Source: Octopus vulgaris
Lineage: Eukaryota
Direction: 5' to 3'
NCBI GenBank assembly: GCA_951406725.2
Contig: OX597815.1
Coordinates: 124,868,001 to 124,932,000 of the forward strand
DNA: 64,000 nt
The notes under the pieces are model-generated. The model ran no database searches and was not told the DNA's origin. It was given only the letters and a program-made list of their open reading frames with translations. Position numbers and translations under genes: made by a program. Of the stretch, positions 1 through 13,409 are shown piece by piece. Numbering within the stretch: position 1 is the first letter of the stretch; each line of letters begins with the position of its first letter.

Positions 1-1039
1 TTTAAACATTTATCATGCTAATCAAAGATTGCATAGGAATCAATATGAGGCACATAGTCTGTGGGATATGTTTTAATATAGCAAAAACCTGAGAAATGTT
101 AATTTGCCAACGTTGCTGAAATAATATTAATGCCATGTAATATATTTAATCATTTACTGTATTATATTATAATATTTTGGTAAAGTGAAGAGGAAACAAA
201 TATATTATTATGCATAAAGTGTGTTTGTTCAATCCAATCTCTCTTGTTAACATACACACACACACGCACACGCACAAGTATACACAAACACACACACACA
301 CACGCTCATATACATGAAATTTAGGTTAAAATTTGTTTGTGACATTTTAACTGCTAAAGGCAAATTCAAAGAAGTTACTGTGGTGAAATAAATTCTCGTT
401 TGTGGTGTAAAACACCGTGGCTGCTCAGTAACTTGCCCTAGTGGACTCCTGGCACGTTTCTAGCTCCTTAGCCTTCTTCAGGAGAAGAATTCCTCAGGAG
501 ACAAGACTTGACAAATTCTAAAGCCGTAGCTTTATAATAAAACAACTAATATCAACTACTCCATTGTTCTTTGTCACTGCTTATCGCTGATACTTTTTTT
601 TATTCTGACCAAGCGGACTACGTGTACAATCAATCACTGATATTCATTGTTCTAAGATATAGCTATATATACATAGGCGTAGGGCATGTAGGCCTCATAA
701 GATATTCGGAAAAGGGTGGAGAGAATTAACAAATTTAAAATGTGTTGTATGCGAAAGTATTTAGGCTTCCATTAGTCAGTTCAGGCCACGCAGTTGCTTA
801 TTCTATCATGACGACATTATTTTACTGAGATGTCTACCTACTGAAGCAGACATGACAGACATTTTGGCATCAGTTAGTCACCATTCTGGAGGGCGGGGTA
901 TTTTAGCAACAACAGTTATCACCTGTTTGATGGTCAGATTATATAGATAGGGTTTTGAGAAACCGACATGAATTAAGGTTGTAATTTTTACTTGACCATT
1001 GTGCATAAGTTAGCTATGGCTGCGGCGGTATATACAGGT

Positions 1040-1267
1040 ATATAACTGGCAGAATCGTTAGCACGCCGGGCGAAATGCCTTGCGGTATTTCGTCTACTGT
1101 TATGTTCTGAGTTCAAATTTCGCCAAGGTCGACTTTGCCTTTCATCCTTTCGGAGTCGATAAATTAAGTACCAGTTACGCACTGGGGTCGATGTAATCGA
1201 CTTAATCCGTTTGTCTATCCTTCTTTGTCCTCTCTGTGTTTAGCCCCTTGTGGGTAGTAAAGAAATA
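1040..1267 (+). mobile_element. tRNA-derived SINE family A (Nin/Deu-like central domain), tail variant 1
   Basis: A-box-like CTGGCAGAATCGTTAG, B-box GAGTTCAAATT, core GCCTTTCATCCTTTCGGAGTCGATAAATTAAGTACCAG; 13-bp TSD GGTATATACAGGT at 1027-1039 and 1268-1280. Confidence 0.9.
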
Positions 1268-3073
1268 GGTATATACAGGTTCAGAGCGGTTGACGGCCTA
1301 AAATTCATTAGCAAAACGTACCTCCTGTGCTAACCACAGGATAGGTCATTTTTCTTTCAGAGGTTACCGTGGACTAATGGAGTATGTGTAGATTCTCACG
1401 AGAGCAGTCAATTCTAAACTCTAGGTGAGTAAGGAGCGGCCCTTTGAATGAGCCTTTATGTGATGTTTCAGGCGTTTTGTCTCGAGATGAAGTGAGTCAG
1501 ACAGGTGGAGGTCGCCCATTAAAATTATTCGTAACCATGTCCATATAGTGTCCCATGTTGCTATCGGACGGTCTGAGGGTGGTTCAATATATCACAGCCT
1601 TTGAAGAATAGGATCCTCCCAAAAGTCATATAATACAACAAAAATAATGAATTTCTAATAAGACCCTCCATTATTTGTATATCAGAAATGCATATATTCT
1701 CATAGTTCAGGATTTCATAGTTTAGGTTGCTGGTTTCCAGAGATTCATTTCCATTTTTTTTTTCTGTTGCAATAATAATTTTCTAAATTTGATCTCAATG
1801 ACATATTGGTATCTCTCGTATAGAGAAATACTGTAGCAGTTGCATTACTGAAAGGAGTTGGCTATAAAAAATATCTGAAACATTATTACTCCTATTCGCT
1901 ATGAGCAACTAAATCTATTTAATAATTTGCAATATGGATTCGAATCATTTTAAAGTACCATTTGATAGAATGAATATAATATATGTTACACCCAGGCATT
2001 TTAAGTGAGAAGTATCTTGTATTCCGATACATTGCTTGTAGCAGGCTAGATACATGAGACTAGTATAGAAAATTTACATGTCCTCCAATGTTTCGAGAAA
2101 ACTACATTATTGTTTTATATATAGATTGGTAGATAAGGCACAAACTTGAAGTATTCCCTTAATTTGATGTTTTGGTCGGAGATGACATCAGTTAGCTTAA
2201 ATGAATGCGTTGAGAAATAACGGGAAATCTGCACAGTAAGTTCAGCAAGTTATCAAATGTGATTTAATTATTGGCATAATAACATACCTAGCATGAATAT
2301 CAAGAAAACAAAATCTAAATTTAAGGAGTGAATAAAGCGAGATTCATTGATTACCATGCAAGTGCATTCATTATAATGCAGTCACATCTCACAATATAGT
2401 CTATGCAAGATTCTGCTAATATTCCAAATAATGTGTGGAGCTTGGCATCTCTTTCCGTGGTATTAGCAACAGATCGCAATTATTATGTGTGTAGCACCAG
2501 GTCATTCAAGAAAAGCTATGGGATGAATTTAGCCGACTGAACCCGAGGTACGATACACTAATCCGATATTTTAGATATGTCATGCCTCCACCTAGCCAAG
2601 GACCATAATACACACTGCGACAGTAGTTATGAATCAAATGGTGTACAGCTCGACAGTCTGGGGAAGCTGCAATTATTCCACTGTCCTGCCTATTTCAGTA
2701 TAGCTGCAATTTTCAGAGATATCCATAGCGGAAACATGAAAATAGTCACGGTGATATTTTGACAGTTGCTATTCGTTCACTCTTATCGTTCGTTATACGC
2801 ATACCAGGGCAGTGCGTGGTAGTGATATTCAAGGAAAGCAAGACTTTCGCTACGGCAAGACACCGTGCTCTTCACATGTTTTAATGATACTGACTTTTAT
2901 TTTTATTTTTGCTTTTGTTCGTCTATCGATGTTCTATGACTGTAGACTGGACTGAGTGCAACCTTGTTCTTTGGGGTGTATTGTCGTGTGTAGTTGAGAG
3001 ATCAAGAGTCCAAACAAGCTTGACACAATTCATAAAGGGTCTAATGCATTTTGTCTTCATTATTGTTGATGCT

Positions 3074-3288
3074 TAAGGCGGCGAACCGGCAGAAGCGTTA
3101 GCACGCCGGGCGAGATGCTTAGCGGTATTTCGTCTGTCTTTACGTTCTGAGTTCAAATTCCTCTGAGGTCGACTTTGCCTTTCATCCTTTCGGGGTCGAT
3201 AAATTAAGTACCAGTTGCGTAGTGGGGTCGATCTAATCGACTGCCCTTCTCCCAAACAAATTCGGGCCCTGTGCCCACAGAAGAAAAG
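3074..3288 (+). mobile_element. SINE family A, tail variant 2
   Basis: Same head and core as 1040-1267; 15-bp TSD ATTATTGTTGATGCT at 3059-3073 and 3289-3303. Confidence 0.9.
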
Positions 3289-3359
3289 ATTATTGTTGAT
3301 GCTGTCCAAATGCAATGCCTCGGATGTTCTAAGAAAGTTCGATAGCGTTGATATTCTTG

Positions 3360-4800
3360 AGTGAGATGAATCCTTGTAGTTTAAAAAAATTTTTTGGGTG
3401 GGGAGTATATCTTTGTGATTTAGTAAAACCTTGGTTTTTTAAGTTTTTTTTAATTTATTTCTATATGGCTTATTGAGTGTCTGGTGAATGTAAGGGATCA
3501 AAATCCTAGTCCAGTTGGGAAGTGAAGTATTTCGTTTTAGTTTTGTCTTCCGTATGAAATTTTGTGGATAATTATTAGGATTTTTCTAACATGTTTGCTT
3601 GATTTTGGATGTAACTAAGTTATTTCAGATAGTAATTGTAACATGAAATGTGTTGTGGCTGTTCTCTTATTTAATATTGCTAGTAACTCTACATTGTGTT
3701 TTACTGGGTTTTTTTAAATGATTTATGCTGGATATAAATGATTGCAACGGTCTATTTTGTTATCAGCCTATCAACCTGTTTAGTCATCTGGAGTTGTGTA
3801 TTATATCTGTTTAAGGATATCCTTAGTTTTTATCATGTTGGTTATGATGGTTGTGAATTTTACGTTACATTTTTATCTTTTGCCTCCTTAGAGATGTTTT
3901 AGATGAGTCTATAATTATATTGAAAAATCAATTCAATATAATTATTATAGAAAATTCAAAAACACAATAATAACAACCATGCTATATCTATGGTTGTTGT
4001 TACAGAGTTTTTGAATTGTAAAAACTTTGGAATTGTTTTCTGATAGAAATAATTCCCCTCGGTTGCTATTTAATGTTTGTAAATGTGTAGTTAGTTACTT
4101 TGTTCATTTGTGTGTGGAGTTTGCTGTGAGAATGATATTATGGAGTTATAAGGTGAGCTGTTTGCCACGTGTTTGCAGTGGATATGGGCGTGGGTTAGAA
4201 ATTATTATCGGTGGAAAAGACGTTGCTGAAAGGTGCGTATTGGAGTAATCTGATAAACTAGGTTTATTCTTTAATTTTATTTGTATTGTTTTCTTATTAA
4301 GATGGGCTATGTGCATTGAATTCTATTCTAATACTCCAACGATGGTGACTGAAGTAGCGTTAGGGTCTTGTAGTTGTGGTGTGTAATCTAGTGAAACTGC
4401 TGATGATGTTAATAGTGCAGCATATATGTTTAATGCATAAATGTTTCATGTTATCAAGGTTTTTCTCTTTTTGTCTTAAAGTGCTTTTATTTGTAGTGTT
4501 GTATTCTACTTCATTTCAAGCATAAATAAGCTATCTTCGATATAATTGATGAATGTTTTAGCTACGGTATGAAGCTGCTAACGTATGTTGACTTGTACAA
4601 CCTTTTCAGGCAGTCAATAAGAAATTGATGTGTCCTGTGTTGCGAAAATGTTTCCTGGACTATGAGAACGCAAACGTCGTGTGACACTAAAACATCTTAG
4701 TTCCATAAATGTGTTTTTAGGCCATTACTGTTGTATGATATAGTATTTTAAATTTGTTTACAATATTTACTTGCGTGTAAAGCGGTGGGGTATATTAAAT
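3360..4800 (-). pseudogene. Heavily decayed Penelope-like element, N-terminal ORF region
   Basis: Minus-strand fragments read GHINFL..CLKR (~4610-4640), LAILNKR (~3660-3685) and NFIRKTKLK..YF (~3525-3562), in the order of the HxxFLxxC, LLxKG and FxRxxxLKxYF motifs of Penelope-like ORFs; many stops and frameshifts. Confidence 0.35.
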
Positions 4801-5744
4801 ACATTTTGGGCGGACCTGTAAGGCTGAGAAAGAAGATATTTATTATTTATATAGTTGTTTTTGATGTTAACGTTATTGTTTCTGAAATGTTTTATGTGTT
4901 TCTTTTTGTTTTTTTCACTAAATACTGTTATTTGATTTCATTTGTTTATTTTGGAAAAAAAGTCTTCTTTAGAGATTACAGTCGTCAGTTGTGGATGTCG
5001 TCCACATGTTAAGTAAGAAAACCTCTTTCTCTGTGGAGAAATATACATCGTCCAACCAGCATTCAAGCCGCTATAATTCTACCTTCTTTTCTGAATTATA
5101 TTCAGGACTAATTTATCAAAACTATTCATCTTTTTAAAGCATTAAGACAATAGTTGAATGAGACTTGACAGATAAATTTAGCAGATCCTGTGACTGCATG
5201 CAGGCTCCTATCTGTGACCTTATTTCCAGAGTCTCAGTGAGTCTGTGAGACAGAATATTTCATGTTTGAGTGGGTTGCTGTTGTTCCTTTTACAACTTCG
5301 ATAACGTGTGAGTGTGATTTAATAGTTGATAATATATGTAATAAGAGATAATGTATGTAATATATTATCATCAAATAACATTGTTTTACTTAAATATGAA
5401 TAAAAATGAGAAGCATATGTACAACTGGTAATTCAGAACAATTTCTCTACACTCTACTCGGTATGATATTTTTCTCTTCATTTCCCAACTTTGCAGGAAA
5501 TCGAAACAGAATTCTCTAAAATGTTAACTAAGAATCAGAATACATTTCCAACTGTGTCGCCAATACGTGCCTTTGAGTTTTTAGTCGTTGATTGTAACAA
5601 AAATTCCGAAAATGATACTAACTATTGTTTGGATTTCAATCGTTAGGAGAGAAGGTTTATCACGTATCCTATGGATTTTCACTGATATTTCAAAGTTTGG
5701 CTAAGTGCAGTTTTCTCGAATATGTGTTAAAAGTAAAATTTTTC

Positions 5745-7062
5745 AGCAGTCTTATTTTTATCACGTGCTTTCACTGCACTACCGAGTGCAAATCTGTGTG
5801 CCTTGGGTACGTGTTGTGGTTTGTTGTGTTGGTCTTATTTTCATTGTGTTGAAAGTGCTTTAAGTAGGATATGTGCGGTGCCTAGCAATGCTATTCTCTG
5901 TGTTACATACATTCTTAAGTCCTAGTGTTTTGGTTATGTATTTTGTCAGAATGATTTTAATCATACCTAATGCACCTATTATTATAGGGATTGTTTCAAA
6001 GGCGGCGAGCTGGCAGAATCGTTAGCATGGCGGGCAAAATGCTTAGCGGCATTAGTTCGTCTATCGTTCTGAATTCAAATTCCGCCGAGGTCGACTTTGC
6101 CTTCTATCCTTTCGGGGTCGATAAATTAAGTAACGGTTGAGTACTGGGAATCGATCTAATCGACTGGCCCCTCCCACAAAATTTCAGGCCCTGTGTCTAT
6201 AACAGGAGGATTATAGGGATTGTTTCTGTTTTTAGACTCCACATTTGAGTTACCTCTATTTCCAGATCTTAGTACTCTGAGAATTTCTCCGTTTCTTCTA
6301 GAGATACATTGTCACCTGTTGGTATTGATACATCGATTAGAATATATTTTTTTCTTGATATCTGACAACTATATCCGGTCTATTATCCTTGATTTCTCTG
6401 TGTGTACTTGGCATATCCCAGAGTATGGTTGCTTTTGTTATTTTCTGAGACCTTTTCTGGGGAGTGCGTATATTATCTTTTTTTTCTGCTGTCATTCCAT
6501 AGTGTTGGCATAGCTTCCAGTTTTTATAGATTCCCAACTCTGCCGTGTCTGTGGATATATTCCTTCTTAGCTGACTGGACAGCTAGTGACAATATGATTT
6601 ATTGCTTCTTCCCAATCACCATTCCCCATTCTGCAATTACTTGTATTCCTCTTCATTGTGTTTCTGGTGATTTCTGGTGGAAGCTTTGATCCTGTGCTGA
6701 AATTAAAAATCCTTCAGTCTCTTCTCTGAGTCCTGGACTTCTCGCCCATTGTTGTTTTTTTACTTTGTCTATTTCTTAACTGTCTAGCTTATCCCAATAT
6801 TTATCCTGTAAGGGTTTTTCTTGCCATCATTTTATCATGATACATTGTTGTTCCAGTTTAATTTTGATTTCAGTTGTTTTACAGCTTCCGTTGTTTTCGC
6901 TTCTCCTTCATAGTTGTCAGGTTGACCCCTTTGATTCCACAGTTGTCTCTAGTTGATTCCTTTCTTGTATTTTTGAACTTCCTTAAAGGCAGAAAACAGT
7001 TCTTATTATTTTGCTCGTGATTTGTGGCTATTTGTAACAAATTTCCATGCTTCTGAATCCTT
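5745..7062 (-). mobile_element. Decayed R4/Dong-clade LINE, 3' part (restriction-like endonuclease region)
   Basis: Minus strand reads EGFLISAQDQS, ILWDMP..REIKDNRPDIVV (ORF 6337-6537), IPIIIGALG and RIALLGTAHILLKALS; interrupted by a SINE. Confidence 0.85.
5998..6209 (+). mobile_element. SINE family A inserted into the R4/Dong LINE
   Basis: Full-length copy; 17-bp TSD ATTATAGGGATTGTTTC at 5981-5997 and 6210-6226. Confidence 0.9.
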
Positions 7063-7070
7063 ATTATTAT

Positions 7071-7630
7071 TGAGTAGAGAGCAGAGCATGTCATCAAAGT
7101 GACACTGGGGTAAAATTTACGAAGCCTAGTATACCCAACATGACTACCCGTCTGATAAGGTTACACAAGACACATACATCACAACCATATGTGAACGACA
7201 TGGTGATTTCATATCAAGATTAACAGCGCATGACCATGCAGGTGAGGCCTAGTTAGAATTTTCTTCAGGCCGAGTAGCTCATGCTGCTTAAGAGGTCCCT
7301 GAATAAGGATTGTTTAAGGGTGTTGAACAAAACACCTCTATGTTTCCAGAGGTGAACTATCCAAGCCCCAAAGAATTCCCCTCAATACATGTCTATGAGG
7401 CTCCCCCACTACATCTGCTCGTGATCAGAGATGCACGTATCGTCAGCCACTAAGAGACATGCTCAACTGTTTAAGGTAAAACAACTGACAAGCAAATCTG
7501 TGGCATTGGGTAGAATATTTGGTGTAGCCCATCTTTTATACCAAGACAAAACAATGTATATGATCACACTTCCAATCTGTTAAGATGGGAAGTCATGAAA
7601 ACCACTGCATGATACTGCATCAGGGCCTTT
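7071..7630. repeat. ~560-bp non-coding interspersed repeat-like segment bounded by TAT/TTA runs
   Basis: Abruptly replaces LINE sequence and lies between (TAT)3 at 7062-7070 and (TTA)n at 7631-7680; no ORF; resembles a repeat I recall from octopus genomes (unverified). Confidence 0.45.
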
Positions 7631-7634
7631 ATTA

Positions 7635-7669
<35 letters not shown>

Positions 7670-7684
7670 TATTTATTTATTTTT

Positions 7685-10400
7685 AATCTTCATGTTTGTT
7701 ACAGTCACTTGCCGAGACACACCCAGTGTCCTGGGGCGAGTGAAGGATAAATTGTTACAGCATAACCGAAAGCTTGGAAGGGGGAAGTAGCAAAATATTT
7801 TCATGCAATACAACACAGACGTTTAAATGGATAGGGTTTTTCTAAGGATGTAGGCAGACTTGTCAGTACAATCTTTTGGATTTCTCTGAGACGTGGTTTT
7901 CCTGGGATCTTATCGAGATGTTTCTGACATCCCCTTTTTTCTTATCATACCTAGCGCACCTACACTAACAGGAAAGTTCTCTTTTTAAGATATCACATCT
8001 TTTGTATTTCAATTTCCAGGTCCTTATATTTACTTAGTTTGTCACATTCCTTGACAGATATATTTTTATCGATGGGAACACCTACATCTATTAGTCTACA
8101 AGTATTTTTTTCTTTGTTTTTAATAATCATATCTGGTCTATTAGCCCGAATCATTCTGTCAGTGTTGACTGGAAAATCCCAGAGGATAGTGACATATTTA
8201 CCTACAACGACTGGCTCAGGATGATGTTCATACCAGTAAGCAGGAGTGCTGATTTTGTAGTGTTTACATATTTTCCAATGTAAATGCTGTCCTACCCTAT
8301 CATGGTGATTTTTGTATTCGTTTAGTGTCAGCACAGGGCATCCTGAGACGAGGTTTTTTTCTTCAAATGTGTCACAGAATCTGCATTTAGGGTCAGAACC
8401 GTTTTGGAGAACGCTAGCCTAGTACTTTTACGTGAGCAAGCTTTGATCTTGTGCCACCAATATAAAACTTTCAATCTCTGCTTTCAGTCCTGAACTTCTC
8501 AACCATTGATGGGTTCTTACTTGATCTATATCAGCATTTTGACTTCGGAGTATACACTGTCCATGCAGAGGCTTCTGGCTCCACCGGTCCTCACTTTGTT
8601 TCTGCCAGTTCTTTTTTGCAGTTTACTTGATCTATTTTATTTGTTTTGTGGCAGTGGTTTCAGGTTCTTCAAATACTTAAGGGTTAATGCCAAATTCGTT
8701 TGCGAATTTGCAAGCTTCCTTGAAATAAAATGCGATATTTTGCTGCTTTCGTATTTGCACACAAGTAGCAGCATCCAGTCTCCTGTACTGGATAAGTACC
8801 TGTTCATTGCTATTGTGGAAGTCTTATAGCACAGTTCTACCTGCTTCATCCCTCTTCTATTACTTCTAGGTAGCTACAGACGATCAACATCTGCTTTTGC
8901 GTGGTGCATGTTCTTATTAGTTAGTTTTCTTGTCTTCCTGTCCAGGCGTTGGAGCTCTGTAAGATTCCAGTTAATGATGTTAAAACTATATTGAACTACC
9001 GGAAGTGCCAGGGTGTTAATGGCTTCGATGCGATTTTTAGAGTTGAGTTCAGTTTTTAGTGAGTGTCTTATTCTCCTCTAATATTCCTTTCTTATTTTTA
9101 CCTTCAAAGTAGCATGTTGTATACCATCTCCTTCGTTTATCCCCCGGTATCTGTAATTTTCTTGTGGGTCAAGCTCCTTGATAGTAGTGTCGGTACCTAA
9201 TTTAATGGTAGCTTTTTGCCTGAGCTTGCCTCTTATAGAAGTTGCTTTAGCACACTTATCGAGGCCAAAGTCTATCCCGATGTCATTACTGAATTTTTTA
9301 ACAGTTGTTAGCAGCCCAACTAGCTCTTCGTCATTTCTAGTAAAGAGCTTCAGATTGTCCATATAAAACAGACGGTTTATTGTCGTTTTGTAAACTTTGA
9401 ACCCATACCTGGTATTATTTAGTTCGTTTGAGAGTGGGATCAGTGCCATGCATAAGAGCAATGGGAAGAGGAAGTCAACTTGAAAGATGCCTCGTTTGAT
9501 GTTGATGCTGTTAGTTTGGATCATCCCATTACTATGGTTTAGAAAGAGATATGTGTTCCATTTGGCCATGCTACCTTGTGAGAATTTGGAGATGACACGA
9601 GGGACCTTGTAAATCTCAAGGGCCTTGAGTATCCACTTATGTGGGACACTATCAAACACTTTCCTGTAGTCTATCCATGCCATACTCAAATTCTTCTTTT
9701 TGCTCTGGCAATTCTCGACAATCATTTTACTTATGAGTAGTTGATCTTTGCATCAATTAGAATTCCTTTTATAGCCGTTTTGAGCTTGCGCAAGGAATGG
9801 TCACTATTCAAGGAAAGCGTATATTCTCTCAGTTAATATGGATGTAAGGATCTTGTAGGTAGTGTTGAGATATGTTATTGGCCGGTAGTTCTTTGGATTT
9901 TTTGTGTCTTCAGTTTTTGGTAAAAGTTATGTTGTTCTTTCGATCAGCTAGGCAGGTATTTGCTCTGGGTTCTGGATGCAGCGAAATTTTGCTGTACTTC
10001 TGTCAGACAGTTTAGCCAGAATTTAGGAATTCAGTCCACTCCTGGGGTTTTCCATTTGTGAGAGTTGCTAAGAACACATCTTAGCTCTTCTGTTCCTATT
10101 GCCTCCAATTTCCACTTCATCCAGTCTCATTTTCTCACGCTCTATCCAATCAGCTTTAGTGTTATATTCTTTTTTGTTGCACCATATCTTCTTCCAGAAC
10201 TCTGCCATTTCCTTAGTCTTAGTTGGCTCTTCTATCTTATTCTGCCAATTTCCCTATAAAATTTCTTTGCATCCGTCTTGAATATCTTGTTTTGTCGATA
10301 AAATTTGATTTTTTTTATCATACTTTCTAAGCCATTGGGCTTTCAGTTGTATTCGTTGTTTAAATTGTTCCTTGGTTGCAGTAAGGTTTATAAAATCTTT
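7685..10400 (-). mobile_element. 5'-truncated, decayed R4/Dong-clade LINE (RT, CCHC zinc finger, restriction-like endonuclease)
   Basis: ORF 9078-9725: AWIDYRKVFDSVPH, KRGIFQ, LFYMDNLKL, FGLDKCA; ORF 7993-8334: HHDRVG..HWKIC, ILWDFP..RANRPDMII..IDVGVP; flanked by (TTA)n at 7631-7680 and 10411-10454. Confidence 0.92.
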
Positions 10401-10416
10401 GATTTTATATTTATTA

Positions 10417-10455
<39 letters not shown>

Positions 10456-11149
10456 TGGGATCTCTAAAAGCTGAGTTCATTTCGATAAAATAAAGTATCA
10501 ATGAAAACTGGGCTCAAATTTTGGATTATGTTCCTTTCTTAAAAAGTAATTATGTTTTGTATTGTTTTTCCGACGCTTTGAGTTCAATGCGAAGTTAACC
10601 CTCCCTTTCATATTTCTGCGCTCTGTAAAATAATGTATCCGTCAAGTACCGAGATCAACGACAGTATCGACTTACATCCACTTCTCAAAATGATTTACAT
10701 TGTGTCTAAATTCGCAACCATTATTGTTATTATTAAATGGATTACATTTGAAATCATCGTTTCTCTTACTAATGAATTCACATGATGGTGAAACAAAATT
10801 TATATATCAGCTTCATATTAACAGATGATTTGTCAATAAATTCGAGAAATTTTACTAAAGATGTAGCCTATTGTTGCTAAGAAAACATACACACACACGA
10901 ACACAACAATGCTTGAAAATATCGGAGCAGATTTATACAATGATAATTCAGCAAAGTGATTTTGAATTTTTAAAAAAACCTCTTCTAACTTCCGTATAAA
11001 TGTCATCTAAAACCGAACTATAAACAGAGAAATAAACATCAACATGTTGTTACAATCTAAACGACCAGCCTGATGACTTCATTCCCACTAGAAATTGGTT
11101 ACATTTTATTTTGGAATGTGATACTAACAAACCAGCAGGCACCTGGCAC

Positions 11150-11855
11150 CGCTTGAGTTGCTCAATCTGGATTCTTATACCAACAGATCATATTATCTAC
11201 TCGACCCATATGGAATTTGTATACGGATATCTTGTCCCAAATGGATTACAGTGTGTAACGAAGTAAAGAACACTGGATGTTTTCATTTTTGTTCTTGGTG
11301 TCTTTTTGAAAACTTTTTATGTGATTTTTCTGAGTATAGCATTTAATTCAGTTTGGCGCGGCAGAAATGACTTTAGGCCTGAAATGTTTTCTTCATGCTT
11401 GGCTCTCCCTTGGGTAATTCAACAGAAAACAACTATCGTCATCTCATAAAGGTCTCCTTTATTCTATAAATTTACAGAAGGGAATAAAATAACTGAAAAA
11501 GATAAGAAAAATATGCATTTATTTCCTGTTACTCACTTTATTTGGAATTGTAACATTTTAAATAAGGCGAAAATAGTATTTTAGTGTATCTTACAAAACT
11601 TGGTTTAATTACCGACGTAGTCAGATATAAGAAACTGCTTTAGGTCGAAGATTAATAATATCAATGTTATAATATTGGAGAACGATGTGCTAAGAAAAGA
11701 GGTGAGATAAAATTAGCGTACTGATAACTTTGAATCCTTTAGTGGAACTCATTCTGGGGCAAGCATTCAGGCCAATGTTTTACATTTAGGATACCTTCTT
11801 TTGCCTCTCTGACCAGTTAATAGGCCCTCTAAAGACCACTGCTTCCTCTCCCGAA
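11150..11855 (-). pseudogene. Possible highly decayed piggyBac-like transposase remnant
   Basis: Minus strand gives EEAVVFRG (~11826-11849; cf. DExMVxFxG) and ISVYKFHMGRVDNM (~11189-11230; cf. YNxxMGGVDxxD) in the expected order; no TIRs seen. Confidence 0.3.
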
Positions 11856-12305
11856 TAACAAATATAGATATGCATGTATGTATAAATTTGTGATATATAT
11901 ATATTATCCATTACCCAGGCGAATCCCATCTTAGCTCTTCATTTGGCTCCAGATGCTGGCTTGCAACAACAGTCAGTATCCAACGTCCGGGCCTACAAGT
12001 TTTTAGTCACTCGTGAATACTTCCGTTGGGTAATTCCGTGTGTCCTACTCAGGCTGTAAAGGTTCCTTAAATTGTATAATAATATTAATAAAGGGTATGG
12101 ATACGTGTATCTCCACAATATTTATTTTATAGTTTTATGCAGCATGACCTACACGTGTTTCCAAATGGACGAACCTTGATGAAACTGCACTGACAATTTT
12201 GCAAGGCGGCATCTGCAACAATGTGCAGTCGCTTCAGTGGAAATACAGGTAGGTCATTGTAATATAAAACAAACATTGTGGATGTACAAGTCTCTATACT
12301 AATAA

Positions 12306-12485
12306 AGGCGGTGAGCTGGCAGAATCGTTAGCATGCCGGGCGAAATGCTTAGCAGTATTTCATTTGTCGCTACGTTCTGAGTTCAAATTCCGCCAAAGTC
12401 GACTTTGCCTTTCATCCTATCAGGGTCGATGTAATCGACACATCCTCTCCCCCAAAATTGCTGCCTTTGTGGCAAAATTTGAAAT
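12306..12485 (+). mobile_element. SINE family A, internally deleted copy
   Basis: Head GGCGGTGAGCTGGCAGAATCG and B-box present; deletion between the two GGGTCGAT repeats. Confidence 0.85.
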
Positions 12486-12864
12486 CATCATTATTAATGT
12501 ATGTGTGTATGTTAATAGAGCGGCATCAAAATACAAAGTTACGTATTTAGCATGCTACACATACGTGCGTGTGCGTTTAGAGCTTATTTATATTTATCTG
12601 AGCACATACATTACAGCCTTACCGCGCACACCGTTTTTCTTTATTTACATAGATATACATACATGTGTTTGATTGTTTGTATATATATATATTTGACAAG
12701 TTCTTGAGAGGAACAAAAACGCTAATAATGATGAAGAAATAAAAGGATATTTTTCCAAAATTCTGACGACTTTTTCTCAATATTCAATTCTGTACATTAC
12801 ACCTAACACTTATATATATATATATATATATATATACGAAAAGACAGGGAGTTAGATAGCTCTA

Positions 12865-13262
12865 TCGTTTACTTGTATCAGTCATTAGACTGTGGCTATG
12901 CCCGTGCACCGCCTTGGAGGTTGTAGTCGAAGAAAAAGCTCCAAGTACTTGTTTTTCTTCAGCTTGATACTATTCGATATTCGATCGTTCTCTTTCGCCG
13001 AACTGCTCATATACAGGGATGTAAACGAATCAACATTGGTTATCAAACGGTGATGGTTGGGGACAAACACAAAGACACAAACGCATATAGGAATACATAT
13101 ATATGACAAGTTTCTTGCAGTTTCCGTCTACCAAATCCACTCACAACGCTTTGATCGGCCTAGGCTATAGTAGAAAACACTTGCCCATGGTGCCACCAGT
13201 GAGACTGAACCCAAGACCGTATGGTTGGGAAGCCTATGCACACAGTTACACAGGAGCCTATG
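12865..13262 (-). mobile_element. tRNA-derived SINE family B (CORE-like), diverged copy
   Basis: Reverse complement matches the full copies at 15325-15722 and 45345-45720. Confidence 0.8.
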
Positions 13263-13330
13263 CATACTGCCTCGCCTGCGCTGATGCACACAGCCACGAC
13301 TGCGTCTGCAGGCCACACCACCATGTGTCC

Positions 13331-13332
<2 letters not shown>

Positions 13333-13387
<55 letters not shown>
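13333..13387. repeat. Compound (TC)n(TA)n microsatellite
   Basis: Direct inspection. Confidence 0.95.

Positions 13388-13409
<22 letters not shown>

Noticed and set aside
988-1182. Recurrent peptide [17 protein letters not shown] in several ORFs
   Set aside because: Antisense translation of SINE family A, not a gene family
2577-2762. Minus-strand IIAASPD resembling a YqaJ-type nuclease motif
   Set aside because: Single short motif without the downstream ExK motif; chance match likely
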